A stretch of DNA of 63,995 bases, counting the filler, from Octopus bimaculoides (taxonomy: Eukaryota): assembly GCF_001194135.2 (NCBI RefSeq). It is 8 parts of 7 records of this genome, joined end to end, with 100 filler letters (N's around TTAATTAATTAA, not from the genome) between each part and the next. Parts side by side here need not be neighbours in the genome. Positions count along the whole stretch, not along the records: positions 1 to 5,530 come from NC_068981.1; positions 5,631 to 27,735 come from NC_069003.1; 6 more parts are not named here. One strand, 5' to 3'. Of this stretch, positions 1 to 12,409 are shown piece by piece; within the stretch, counting starts at the first letter, position 1; each line of letters opens with the position of its first letter. Below the pieces are notes generated by a model. That model was not told the DNA's origin. It saw nothing but the letters and a program-made list of their open reading frames with translations, and did no database searches. The position numbers were made by a program, and so were the translations under genes.

Positions 1-127
1 ATATGCTAGAAATAGATGCCGAATCATCTAACCACGAAAAATATGTTCTCAGTAAAGATTTAGCGACACAACAGACTGTAAAAGGGCAAGACAAATGAAA
101 ATATACTAAATAAAAAAAACGATTAAC

Positions 128-192
128 CTACGTACCATGTTTTCACCTGTTAAAATTTACATAAGTAAATATCTGCAGGATCATCAGCGTAG
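128..192 (-). ncRNA. Type I hammerhead ribozyme motif (one helix III lesion)
   Basis: Minus strand: CTACG-CTGATGA-T-CCTG..ATTTAC-TTAT-GTAAAT..CAGG-T-GAAA-ACATGG-TA/CGTAG; stem I CTACG:CGTAG; GUA cleavage triplet. Confidence 0.7.
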
Positions 193-615
193 TCTGTCGA
201 TTTAAAATATAATTTACAGAACTAGCCACAAGACGTCCACCCGAAAGTGAGCACGTGTAGAGTTCTACAAATTACATTCAGTGTATCCTTTCAAATGTCT
301 TCAATCTGGCGCGCTAAGTCCGGAAATAACTCTACAGTTAATAAATTTTTGCAGCTAATTTACCGGTTTGAGATCATCATTATTTAAAATTTATTAATAA
401 GGGTAGAAATTGATATTAATCAATTGCAACCAGTGGTCTAGCATATTAAAAACATCCGAAGATTAAAATTATATCACATACAAAAATAAGAGGAATGACC
501 AGCAAAGTGGACTCCTGTATGCTAGAAATAGATGCCGAATCATCATCTACACGTGCTCCCTTTCGGGTGGAATCTTGTGTCTAGTTCTGGAAATTATATT
601 TTATAAACCGACAGA

Positions 616-680
616 CTGCGCTGATGATCCTGCAGATATTTACTTATGTAAATTTTAACAGGTGAAACCATGGCACGTAT
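616..680 (+). ncRNA. Type I hammerhead ribozyme motif (U16.1 to C lesion)
   Basis: CTGCG-CTGATGA-T-CCTG...CAGG-T-GAAA-CCATGG-CA/CGTAT; consensus with the 128-192 copy gives the palindromic GAAAC-CATG-GTA. Confidence 0.65.
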
Positions 681-3598
681 GTTAATGGTTTTTTTTTTAT
701 TTAGTATATTTTCATTCGTCTTGCCCTTTTACAGTCTGTTGTGTCGCTAAATCTTTACTGGGAACATATTTTTCGTGGTTAGATGATTCGGCATCTATTT
801 CTAGCATATAGGAGTCCACTTTTGCTGGTCATTCCTCTTAGTTTTGTATGTAATATAATTTTAATCTTCGGATTTTTTTAATATGCTAGACCACGGTTTT
901 AATTGATTAATATCAATTTCTACCATATATATATATATATATANNNNNNNNNNNNNNNNNNNNNNNNNNNNNNNNNNNNNNNNNNNNNNNNNNNNNNNNN
1001 NNNNNNNNNNNNNNNNNNNNNNNNNNNNNNNNNNNNNNNNNNNNNNNNNNNNNNNNNNNNNNNNNNNNNNNNNNNNNNNNNNNNNNNNNNNNNNNNNNNN
1101 NNNNNNNNNNNNNNNNNNNNNNNNNNNNNNNNNNNNNNNNNNNNNNNNNNNNNNNNNNNNNNNNNNNNNNNNNNNNNNNNNNNNNNNNNNNNNNNNNNNN
1201 NNNNNNNNNNNNNNNNNNNNNNNNNNNNNNNNNNNNNNNNNNNNNNNNNNNNNNNNNNNNNNNNNNNNNNNNNNNNNNNNNNNNNNNNNNNNNNNNNNNN
1301 NNNNNNNNNNNNNNNNNNNNNNNNNNNNNNNNNNNNNNNNNNNNNNNNNNNNNNNNNNNNNNNNNNNNNNNNNTATATATTGTTTGTGTGTGAGAGAGAG
1401 AGAAGTATTGAGAAACAAAGATCAACCACGTGGCAGCACGACATCAACTGTTGACGCTGGTCGGCAGACTGGTGTGTGAAGGCTGCCCCAAGTGGCTTCT
1501 AGCGGCGGTAGCTTGAACTGCAAGAAGTTTGTCCTACAGAGAACGTTTCGTGCTGCTTTTTTTTTTTTACTTTTGGGTATTCATATATACCCGTTTCCGG
1601 TCTTTTATTGTTTCAGTCGTGTCTAATCTTACACGAAATTACACATCTAATGCTCTAAGTTCCTCCCCATACAATGGATAATATTTCCGACATTGCACTT
1701 TGTAGCAGTTGTTCAATCTCAGAAGAATTTCATCAACGTTTAAAAATTGTTTTAAAATTGATTCTGTCACAGATCTTTAAAAGCATGTCATATCAGTGTG
1801 TATTGTAATTATTTTTCCTTCAATTATCCTCTTACTTTTATCTCACACCTCTCTGCTCCCTGAACTCACACGTTTCTCTTCGTGTCGCTTTTCGTATTCA
1901 CTTTTTGAATTTTATTTTTTGCATTCTTCCTGGCATCAATTTATATACTTTGCACTCCAATACACGCCTCATTTATTTTTCTTCTCTCAAAGAAGAAAAA
2001 TGCTGTTTATGTAACACTATAGTAATTATTCTTTCTCCTATTTTTCTGTTATTCTCCTCGTTTCACTTCTGTCCTTGAACTTCCGCTTTGTTTTTCCTTA
2101 TTAATTCCCTTGTTTAAGCAATCCTTCCATGCAACGGCATTTCAAGCTCATACCCTTGCATGTTCTTCGCTCTCACCTGCCTCCATACGTTTTGTCTTCG
2201 TTTTTTACATCACACTTGGCGCCCAATCACAAACCTCCATAGTTTAATCACACTTACACAAACGCACAATACAATTTCCCACACACTCCAACACTTCTCA
2301 TCTCTACAGACCCACCCCAGTGTTCATCCGCTGCACAGCCCTACATATATACACGGAACTCAAAAAAAAATCTCTCCTTCCTACTGCCCATCGAAAAACA
2401 CGGATACATTCCTATACATACACATACCGCCTCTTTTCTATTTAACACCATCATAGAACTGCACACACATACGCATACACACACCTATTTTTATTAACAT
2501 AACAAAATATATTACTCTGTATTAAGTATTCTCTATACATCACCATTTACGTACATAAGAATCTATACGACTAGCTTTTTCTCTTATTTACCTATCCTAT
2601 CATTTTGCTAGTTTCTCATAAATCGTTAATATTTTTGAATTTTTGGGCAAAGTGAAATATAGCAACCCTCGTTGAAAGTTTGTGAAGAACATAAACCTAA
2701 TTACAGTTCTCAATTTCGACAGTACTTGGGAATTCTACACCTCTCTACTTGTTGATCTATCAACGGTGGTCTTCGTGTTAGAAACAGTAAAGTAACGTCT
2801 ACTAAAAAGGGAACAAGGTATTTGATGATATAGTTAAATTAAGAACGATTTCAATATCTTGAACAACAGCAAAATATTTTCGCTGTCTAAATTCCAGTTA
2901 CGTGTGTGTATGCGTATGTATGTGTGTGTGTTTGTGTGTGTGTGTGCCTGTGCCTGTGCAACGAAGAATTGTGTACTTGTATGTGTGTGTATGTGTGAAT
3001 GTGTGAAATTGCGCGCGCGCGTGGTTTGTGTCTATATGTGTATATGCATTTATGTATGTAACATATTTTCCAACTTTACAATATTTCAGTCATTGGACTG
3101 CAGCGGCCATTCCTAGGCGCTGCATTCAATAGTTTACTCGGACAAATAAATTTCAGTACTTATTCGTAAGTCTGGTAATTATTTTACCGAGCTCTTTTGT
3201 ATAGCCAGTAGTTACGGAGAAGTAAAACAACACCGATTTTCATGCGATGCTGAGGGGCTGAAACCTACACATCCATAAACGCACACACACACATTAATAT
3301 ATGTGTAGAAATATTTTGAATAATTGATAGGGAAAGCATAGTATACTGTAAGCTGTGCCAAATAAAGCCTACAGTACACTCTGTCTTCCTTATCAATTAC
3401 TTAAAATATACTAAACGTGCACCGAAGAATTCCTTACGTAGATCCTGCGACTGAAATGCAGTACTGCGTATGACGCCTGGTAGCCGTATGTGCTGAACGT
3501 CCTCTCAAGGTAAACTACTACGGGTAGACCCCCAAACAAAATTTAAATACTACATTTTAAGGTCTCCTATCTAAACTTTAAGTTTTAAAAGAGACAAA

Positions 3599-4035
3599 CG
3601 TGGTGTGATGAATAAGTATCCGGACTGTTACTATTGTAACGAAGCCAACGCACGCAGAGTAGTGCCGCGAGGTAAAGATTGACCTTAAAATCTGTTGTGC
3701 ATGCGCAGTAGGTTTTAACATTCTAGCTCACTTCCGCTGTTTACAGCAGTGCTTGGAAGGAACGGGTGTAGCATGTGATCGTCGTATTGGCCATGACATT
3801 AAGTTGAGCAGAGAATCTGCATCAAAGTTTCCAAAAGCATAACGATACCTGCTCAGAGGTACACGCAAAGTTTTCAAAAAGTTTTCATCGTTCTCGACAC
3901 AATCAAAGAAGTCTTGTGCAACTGAAACCCGAGCTTGAGCGTTAAATATTAGTGCGCATGCACAGCAGAGGTCACGATTAATTCCAGCCAAGCGCCTTCA
4001 CTCTGCGTGCTTTAACTTCGTCACTATGACAACAG
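3599..4035 (-). mobile_element. Mariner-derived MITE / internally deleted element
   Basis: Imperfect about 90-bp inverted ends (gactgtt..acgaag..gcacgcagagt..tgtgcatgcgca); mariner-like terminus GTGTGATGAATAAGTATCCGGACTG; internal QDFFDCVENDENFLKTL resembles the segment before the first catalytic D. Confidence 0.6.
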
Positions 4036-4312
4036 TCTTTACTCTTTTACTTGTTTCAGTCATTTGACTGCGGCCATGCTGGATCACCGCCTTTAGTAGA
4101 GCAAATCGACCCCAGGACTTGTTCTTTGGAAGCCTAATACTTATTCTATCGGTCTCTTTTGCCGAACCGCTAAGTTACGGGAACGTAAACACACCACCAT
4201 CGGTTGTCAAGCGATGGTGGGGGTGGGGGTGGGGGGACAAACACAGACACACAAACACACATACATATATATAAACAGATATACGACGGGCTTCTTTCAT
4301 TTTCCGTCTGGA
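4036..4312 (-). mobile_element. tRNA-derived SINE family A (3' part)
   Basis: Tail TTTTACTTGTTTCAGTCATTTGACTGCGGCCATGCTGG and body CCGCTAAGTTACGGG shared with many copies in the window. Confidence 0.8.
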
Positions 4313-5116
4313 TACTTATTGGTCATACCTCGTGTGTATGTAGCTACTTGATGGCTTTCCACACGGTTTCCGACTACCAAATTCACTTACAAGACATTGA
4401 TTGCCTTGTGGCAATAGTTACCTATTTACTAGACAGTGGTGAGAACCCGAAACGATGTAGTTGCAATGAAGAAAATACATGAATTCTCAATTTGTAAACT
4501 TACTAAAAATAATTCGAACGAAATAAACGCACAGAAAGCGTTAAGTATACATCTGTTTAACCTGCATTTCATTATTTTTTCTTATTAGTTATAAAGGATA
4601 AAATAATATTTATGGTAAATAATATAAATTGTGACCTTTATTGTATGGAAAGTTTTATTCCCAGAAGGAAATGCGTAAATTAAATCATGCCTGGTTATAA
4701 TAACTAAAGTATTTTTGTCACACAATGTACACGCACACAATCCTAAATATCTCAACGTGCGCGCGCACACACACGCACACACTCACAGGCGCACACACAC
4801 ACATGCGGTCCCATCTGCAGGTGCGCATTATATAGTTAGATGTGATTGAAAGTTGGTGTGCTGATAGGTGTTTGTGCATTTGTATTTTTGTGTCGATTTA
4901 TATCTTATATATATTCAATAAACTTCTTTTTTTTATTATTTACATAATACATTCAGTTTATTTCATAATGCCAATCTGCAGTAGTTATTTTCCACGCTAT
5001 TCTACATACAAAATGCATGCCGAATGGGCAAATGGGAATTGGCGATATAGAAAAGTGCACAAGGTTTTCTACTCTATGCTTACGGCTCTGCTCAATCTTT
5101 CTTCCTTGTTATTAAG

Positions 5117-5153
<37 letters not shown>

Positions 5154-5256
5154 NNNNNNNNNNNNNNNNNNNNNNNNNNNNNNNNNNNNNNNNNNNNNNN
5201 NNNNNNNNNNNNNNNNNNNNNNNNNNNNNNNNNNNNNNNNNNNNNNNNNNNNNNNN

Positions 5257-5291
<35 letters not shown>

Positions 5292-5460
5292 GAGATAGTT
5301 CTCATATGCTGTATGCCACATCGCTTGACATCATTGCATTCAAATGAAAGCACATTATGCCTTTTGTTGGAGTTACTGTGAGTACAGTTTTGGAACAGCG
5401 GTATGATCTGACAAGCCACGACACGTACGTGTACATGAACGCATATTTATGAGCGTGTGT

Positions 5461-5530
<70 letters not shown>

Positions 5531-5630
5531 NNNNNNNNNNNNNNNNNNNNNNNNNNNNNNNNNNNNNNNNNNNNTTAATTAATTAANNNNNNNNNNNNNN
5601 NNNNNNNNNNNNNNNNNNNNNNNNNNNNNN
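5531..5630. other. Artificial assembly spacer
   Basis: 44 N + TTAATTAATTAA (5575-5586, stops in six frames) + 44 N. Confidence 0.95.
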
Positions 5631-6000
5631 CTCCTACACTGTCTTGCAACCCGAAATACCTCGAGTCTTTGGTCCTCACGGCGCAGAACATTGGCAAATC
5701 TTTCCTTATCTGCTTCCCCTCTGGCTAAATAAACCTGTCGCCTAGCCTCCCTTCTGGCACATTGGTACAATTCCCTGCTACCACCGTTCTTCCAGTCCTT
5801 CCAAGCTTGTTTCTTTTGTCTAATAGCCCTGTCTACCTCCTTGTTCCACCACCACGTTACTCTGGGTTGGGAGGGGACCTTACACCACCCACAAATCTGG
5901 TCGGTGGCTTTCAACAGGTTGTCCCGCAGAAATCTCCAATTGTCTTCCACGTTGTATGATGCTATATCCCCTTCTTCGTAGATAACAGACCTCGGAAGGA
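5631..6000 (-). mobile_element. RTE-clade LINE fragment (between endonuclease and RT)
   Basis: NVEDNWRFLRDNLLKATDQICGWCK..TWWWNKEVDRAIRQKKQAWKDWK; typical pre-RT WWN motif; probably the same family as 42571-43230. Confidence 0.8.
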
Positions 6001-6040
6001 ATGAGAACATTTAAATTTCTGTTCTATACAAATTGTCACA

Positions 6041-6290
6041 GGCGTGGCTAAGCTTGCTTTCTGACCACTTGGTTCCGGGTCCAGTTCTTGGGCAAGTGTC
6101 TTGTGTCTTATACTATAACCACGGGCCGACTAAAGTCTTATGAGTGGGTTTGGTGGACGGCAACTGAAAGAAGCCCGTCGTATCTATCTATCTATCTATC
6201 CATCTATCTGTTTGTCCCCTTTCACGACCACCATCGCTTGACAGTGTTTGCATCCCCGTAACTTAGCGGTTCAGCCAGACACCGATATAA
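6041..6290 (+). mobile_element. SINE family A, degenerate
   Basis: GGTTCCGGGTCCAG..GGGCAAGTGTCTT..AACTGAAAGAAGCCCGTCG..CCCGTAACTTAGCGGTTC. Confidence 0.75.
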
Positions 6291-7249
6291 AAAAATACTG
6301 AGGATCATTTCCGCTGTTGTTCCCTCTCTTGATTGATGGCAAAATAGGCAAGTTCTCTTCAGACTAGAAACGCGCGCGTATACACACACGTGCACGCGCG
6401 CACACACACTATACATACATCGAAATTGAGAGAGTGCAGCAGGTAAAGTCCAGGCTACCTAAGTTTCCTAGCTAGCAAATCCGCTGATGTAATAATTACT
6501 CAACGAAGTCACTCAGCTGGCTACTCACCAGGTCGAAGATACCTTAATTATATGAAGGTTACATTGCCGTTAAGGAATCCAAAGTTAACTCACCGAAGAT
6601 TACAACCATCACCAATAAACTATCGTTGTTTTTTTTTTTATACATACCACGGACTGCTCGAAGCTTACAAACTTAGATCCTTGTACACACACGCACAGAC
6701 ATATATGTTTGTCCCACTGTTTGCATACGCAAACACAAGAGCGAGTGTGCGCGCGCACATGCACACACACACACACACACCACATGCTCATACACACATG
6801 CTCACAAAGCGGCAGCGTATGATTTGAGGTAATTTCGACATTTATTTCCAGCAAGTCAAGCGAGCACATACAAAACCACTGCTGTTTAATCATAGTCGAC
6901 TCTGATTAAATCTATTCTAGTTGTGATCATCCTATCTTTTCCAAGTCATTGTGAATCTTAGACTACATAATCCAAAGTATTCTTTTTCTCTAAGACCGTA
7001 GGGAATGATACGAGGACAATTTGGCCTATAATATTTATATCATGTCATGTGACTAGGTAGCTGCACGATAATGGGTAGAGTGCTCTGCGGGATGCAGTAT
7101 TTGTCTTCTATTTACGTTTTCAATACTAAAAACGACTAAATCTGTCTATCGTGAATGGCTTTAAAATATTGTGGCTCAGAGGTCAACCAAATAAATACCA
7201 GTCAAATACTAACAGTCAGGCTATATAATCAGACTATACAACAATATAA

Positions 7250-9050
7250 CCTTCCACACAAACGGAACCTGTACATATCCATTACGGCCGATCTTACTGA
7301 TCGGTTTCGCACTAGGGTTAGGATTGAAAGTTACCTCTGCTGTTCAGGTAGATGCCTGGGTGCTGGGAGGTTTTTAAAATCGATCTTTTCTCAGCCAGGC
7401 ATAATCTGCACTTCCTGCTGCTATTGAAGTACGCTTTACATTTCTCCAGAATCTTCCACTTTATGCTGTAGTCGGTGGTGTTTTCCCCTCAACGACCATA
7501 CGTGTTTGGTCAGGGATGTAGCGTTACGTCTCTCAAGGATATTGAAGATGGACTTGTAGTAGTTATAGCGGGCTCTGAAGGGGCCTTCAGTTGCTCCCAC
7601 GTACTTTCGCACGTTTGGTTGCCCATTTGGTCCTATTCCTGTTATCTCTGCCTCGTATACGTCAGTCTACGTGTTACAGTGGTCATTCAGTGGGTATGTT
7701 GTATTACCTCTACATGAGCATCCTGCGTCTGTCTCAGGTGTGGGCCTACTTGCTAAAATCATTTTTACATTGGGTGCATAGGTAAAGGTAATTCTCAGGG
7801 TGCACCTATTAAATGTTTTGCTGAACCTATTTGTATGGGGGAAGTGTTTGTTTACTAAGCTAAGGAAAATCTTATCTGTTCGGGTTTTAACACTTAAAGT
7901 CAAGGGCGGTGTGATCCACAACACTTTCCGGTGGCACTTTCTTCTGGAGAGATCTGGCATGTAACTAATACTATCCTTTAAACCGCTGGCAGCTAGAGCC
8001 ACATCGTATTACGGGGCGGCATTATAAAAAAAATTCTCTGTTTGAAGATAGGTTGGAGATTCTTCTGCAGACGCCCTTTTTACCAGGTTCTTCAAAACTA
8101 TGGCTGGATGACAAGAACCTGTGTTAATATAGGATAGTTACTCATTTGCCTTCTTAAAGTGTCTACAGGCAGCGGACTCCAAATCCAGGGTCACATCAAG
8201 GAAATCCACCGTTTTCAGGTTGGTTTCTATCGTGATCTTCAGTCAAAGGGAACTCATGAAGCTGGTGAGGTCCTTTCTAAGCTTATCTAGCGTGTGGACA
8301 TTTGCCCCGCTTGCCCAAGGTGCTGCACAGTGGGACTGAACCCAGGACAATGTGGTTAGGAAGCAAACTTCATACCACATAGCCGCGTCTACGCCTAAAA
8401 GTGATGAACAACNNNNNNNNNNNNNNNNNNNNNNNNNNNNNNNNNNNNNNNNNNNNNNNNNNNNNNNNNNNNNNNNNNNNNNNNNNNNNNNNNNNNNNNN
8501 NNNNNNNNNNNNNNNNNNNNNNNNNNNNNNNNNNNNNNNNNNNNNNNNNNNNNNNNNNNNNNNNNNNNNNNNNNNNNNNNNNNNNNNNNNNNNNNNNNNN
8601 NNNNNNNNNNNNNNNNNNNNNNNNNNNNNNNNNNNNNNNNNNNNNNNNNNNNNNNNNNNNNNNNNNNNNNNNNNNNNNNNNNNNNNNNNNNNNNNNNNNN
8701 NNNNNNNNNNNNNNNNNNNNNNNNNNNNNNNNNNNNNNNNNNNNNNNNNNNNNNNNNNNNNNNNNNNNNNNNNNNNNNNNNNNNNNATAGTTACCGCCAA
8801 GCTAGCATGGCAGTCCAGGGAAATAGGACGAATGCTGTCGTTGATTAGCTCCAAGAGGCCATCGCCTCTAGCTAGCTATGTGACACAGAAACCTGTGTCC
8901 ATTACAACCTTCCAACAGGGAAGGTCAGCAGCTTCCCCTTGCTGGTTCAACATCCACAGACTAGTTTCGGGGTATTTGCCCCTTATCAATATGGAGTAGC
9001 CGAACCCAGCAGGTGTCGAAGGTTTCTTTACCTATATTCAGTAAAATACA
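7250..9050 (-). mobile_element. Penelope-like element (RT + GIY-YIG), degenerate, gap inside RT
   Basis: RT C-terminal KITIETNLKTVDFLDVTLDL; linker KIFLSLVNKHFP; GIY-YIG VYEAEI..KYVGATEGPFRARYN..TSLTKHVWSL; stops and frameshifts. Confidence 0.9.
8953..8995 (-). ncRNA. Minimal type I HHR at PLE 5' end, core decayed
   Basis: TCCATA-TTGATAA-GGGG-CAAATA-CCCC-GAAA-CTAG-TC/TGTGGA: 6-bp stem I, 4-bp stem II, palindromic ACTAGT helix III; core differs from CTGATGA by two transitions. Confidence 0.7.
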
Positions 9051-9235
9051 TCCACTGGTTTTCAAAAATGAGTTGGACCTGTATTTCAAAAGTCCAGCCT
9101 TGTTGCATTCTGTGTCATGCTGAATTTTCCCGAGAACTGCATTAAGGGTACGCGTGTCTGTGGAGTACTTAGCTACTTAAACGCTAATTTTACGATCGGA
9201 TCAACTCATAGTCGTAATCAACGGAGTGCCAATTC
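9040..9235 (+). mobile_element. SINE family D fragment
   Basis: AAAAATGAGTTGGACCTGTATTTCAAAAG..GCATTCTGTGTCA..GTGTCTGTGGAGT; inverted homolog at 45400-45656. Confidence 0.7.
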
Positions 9236-9777
9236 AGTTTAATTTTACAACACTTGCATTGAATTAGGTTTTAGTAAAAACACTTGCACAAGTTGTCAAG
9301 CAATGGGATCGAAGTCTGAGCTTTGTGATTGAAAAGTGAACGGCCTGATTACATCTACTTAGACACATTCACTTTCTTTCTTTCTTTTTTTCTTTCTTTC
9401 ACACACACACACTTATAGACACACACCAAACACAAATACAAACACACAATACAGGCATACGCACACACGCATATATGAGTACACATACATATGTATACAA
9501 ACTCTTCGCCCAGTAGAAATAACGAACATTTACTCACAGCACCAAACAGTGTTTAAATATTTCCTTTTATCACAGAATCGACGGCATGACAGTCATTATC
9601 CATTACTGGGATGTTTTATCAAATATCTCGAGTTGCTGATTTATTCAAAATCCGAAACTTTTACGACTGGAAACACAACACTTTAAGTAAATGGCTGCCA
9701 ACAACACTAAACTTCTGAAATAATAAAGAAATATTATTTATATACATCTCCGTCTCTCACTCTTATTCTCTCACGCT

Positions 9778-9825
<48 letters not shown>

Positions 9826-9844
9826 CACACACACATTTGTATCT

Positions 9845-9864
9845 ATGTGCGCGTGTGTGGTGTG

Positions 9865-9905
<41 letters not shown>

Positions 9906-10115
9906 ATACAAATAATATGTGAGTATGATCATATATACGTACATACCTACATCTACATGTATATATAGATGCATATCTGGGTACAGGACGTCACAAAAAA
10001 CGTGGACAAAATGAAAAACAGAACATAAACAGAGCACAGAAAACAAACAGGCCACATAGAGAATATTTCCTTCATCAGCTGCTCCTATTCTAAACTAAGC
10101 GTTTCGAAGAGTTAC
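9845..10115 (-). repeat. Unclassified interspersed repeat family E
   Basis: Homologous to 14830-15040 (GCATATCTGGGTACAGGAC..CACATAGAGAA..TTCCTTCATCAGCT). Confidence 0.7.
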
Positions 10116-10125
10116 ATATATTCTT

Positions 10126-10345
10126 TTATTCTTTTGCTTGTTTCAGTCATTTGACTGCGGCCATGCTAGAGCACCGCTTTGAAGGGCTTTAGTCGAACGA
10201 ATCGACCCCATGACTTATTTTTTAATCGTAGTACTTATTCTATCGGTCTCTTTTGCCCAACCGCTAAGTTACGGGGACGTAAACACACCAACACTAGTTG
10301 TCAAGCGGTGATGGGGTGACAAACACAGACACAAAGACACACACA
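10126..10345 (-). mobile_element. SINE family A (3' part)
   Basis: Same tail and body as 4036-4312. Confidence 0.8.
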
Positions 10346-10824
10346 CACGCACGCTCCCCCCTTCAATCAAGGGGGACAGCGTTAACAAAACTGTCGTAAG
10401 GGAGCGAAAACAAGTGTCTCAAAACACAATAATTAATAACAAATATAATTCCAATTCAACAGTCCTTCACTAACCTCTCGAACGATGCACAAACAACATT
10501 CACGAACAAGTCGGTTCAGATGATTGTAACAACGGAGAAAAAAAAAATATCAATGTTAATTTATTGCTGCATTTTGGCAAGTCTTGATCTGTATTATCAG
10601 ACAATTGCGAAAAAATGTTAAAAAAAAAAAAATTCAAAACTTTGCAACGATCCGGTACAAACTCTTCATGGTGGTTCAAAACGTTGATTACTTTGTACTC
10701 AACCCGATATATCGTCAACGTATATATCCGAAAAAGAAGCATACTCTAAGGAATAGAAGAGTAATTTATTAATGTGCAGTTAAACATACAACTGCTTATA
10801 AATACATATATATATAAACACACA

Positions 10825-10872
<48 letters not shown>

Positions 10873-11185
10873 NNNNNNNNNNNNNNNNNNNNNNNNNNNN
10901 NNNNNNNNNNNNNNNNNNNNNNNNNNNNNNNNNNNNNNNNNNNNNNNNNNNNNNNNNNNNNNNNNNNNNNNNNNNNNNNNNNNNNNNNNNNNNNNNNNNN
11001 NNNNNNNNNNNNNNNNNNNNNNNNNNNNNNNNNNNNNNNNNNNNNNNNNNNNNNNNNNNNNNNNNNNNNNNNNNNNNNNNNNNNNNNNNNNNNNNNNNNN
11101 NNNNNNNNNNNNNNNNNNNNNNNNNNNNNNNNNNNNNNNNNNNNNNNNNNNNNNATATATATGTTTATATATACATGTATATGTG

Positions 11186-11218
<33 letters not shown>

Positions 11219-11384
11219 GCACACACACACACTAATAATATTTTATAAGCTTAAAGCTGATAAGCGATCAACGCACACGTACTAAAAGCCCACTTTTTTC
11301 TGTCGAGGGCTTATATGCTTCAATGTTAGATTATTTCCTGTAGTCAATACACGGTGATCGCTTATAAGCTTTAAGCTTATAAAA

Positions 11385-11436
<52 letters not shown>

Positions 11437-11525
11437 TACAAAATTGTAAAATTCGGCACCGCTTTTAGAAAACATCGCTGAAAGCGTACACACGCATACA
11501 CACATACGCACACACTCACACATAC

Positions 11526-11559
<34 letters not shown>

Positions 11560-11576
11560 GTATATACACACAGAGG

Positions 11577-11791
11577 AGGGGGTAGCTGAAAAGGTCTTGG
11601 CTTTAAGGGTGTTGTGAAAGGTCTTGGTGGAGGCCCAACCTACTGAGTTCTTTTACAGGGCTTAGAAAAACTGAAGGACCGCTGCAATGAGTGTGTGAAT
11701 CTGAGAGGGGAATATGTTGAATTAAATCATAATTAACAATGATCCTCCTGCATTTTCTGTTACCCAAAGCCAAGAACTCTTCAGTACCCCT
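11577..11791 (+). mobile_element. Mariner MITE retaining transposase C-terminus
   Basis: Imperfect TIRs AGGGG(G)TAGCTGAAAAGGTCTTGGCTTT / AAAGCCAAGAACTCTTCAGTACCCCT; internal FLQGLEKLKDRCNECVNLRGEYVE*. Confidence 0.75.
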
Positions 11792-12409
11792 TATATATAT
11801 ATATGTATGTATGGATGGATAGATGGATGCATTGCCTTAGTTTTTAAGAATGAATATACGAAACCCTTGGTAATAACCTCAAACGACATACTTTCAGAGA
11901 GAGAGAGAGAGAAAATATGCTAATCATTTCAGTATAGTTGCTCCTGTAGAAATTCTCACGTCTTAATGCATTTGACATACATGACCTTATGTCAATAATC
12001 TGTTAAGCTAAGACATATGTGTAAGAATTATTTATAATCTTTGTTACAATGGCAGACAACACGTTCGCCCTGATACTGAAATGGAGATAAGTACTTCAGT
12101 GGATCTGTTTCTATCAAACCTTCACTGACCTCGCGTGTATCAGTAAAGCTAAGACATGTCTAGAAGCAATCGTAATGCTTATAGATATATCTTAGTATTA
12201 ACATGTGTCTTAAGTGTTAAGCTGCGTTTATATGTTAAGATGTCTTTACAAGCATTAAGTCTTATGCATTGAAATGTGTTCATATGCATTAAGATGTGTC
12301 AACACGTATTAATAGATTAGTTTATATGCATTAAGACATACTTTAAGTATTTTGTTTATACGTATACGTATTAAAGTACGTTATAAGTGTTAAGATGTGT
12401 ATTTAAGTA

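Larger units (their letters stand above)
1..924. mobile_element. HHR-containing repeat, 516-bp period, partial tandem followed by an inverted copy (retrozyme/PLE pLTR-like)
   Basis: 2-28 recurs at 518-544; 546-809 is the reverse complement of 1-261 and 810-924 of 402-517; each orientation carries an HHR motif. Confidence 0.8.

Noticed and set aside
1393-1620. GC-richer patch with a CACGTG box
   Set aside because: No ORF, splice pattern or repeat identity I can support.
6298-6385. CTGAGGA ... GAAACGCGCGCGTA
   Set aside because: Long unstructured spacer, no stem I; the palindrome is a microsatellite start.
8220-8243. Minus-strand CTGAAGA-TCACGATA-GAAA
   Set aside because: RT coding sequence (LKITIETN); no helices.
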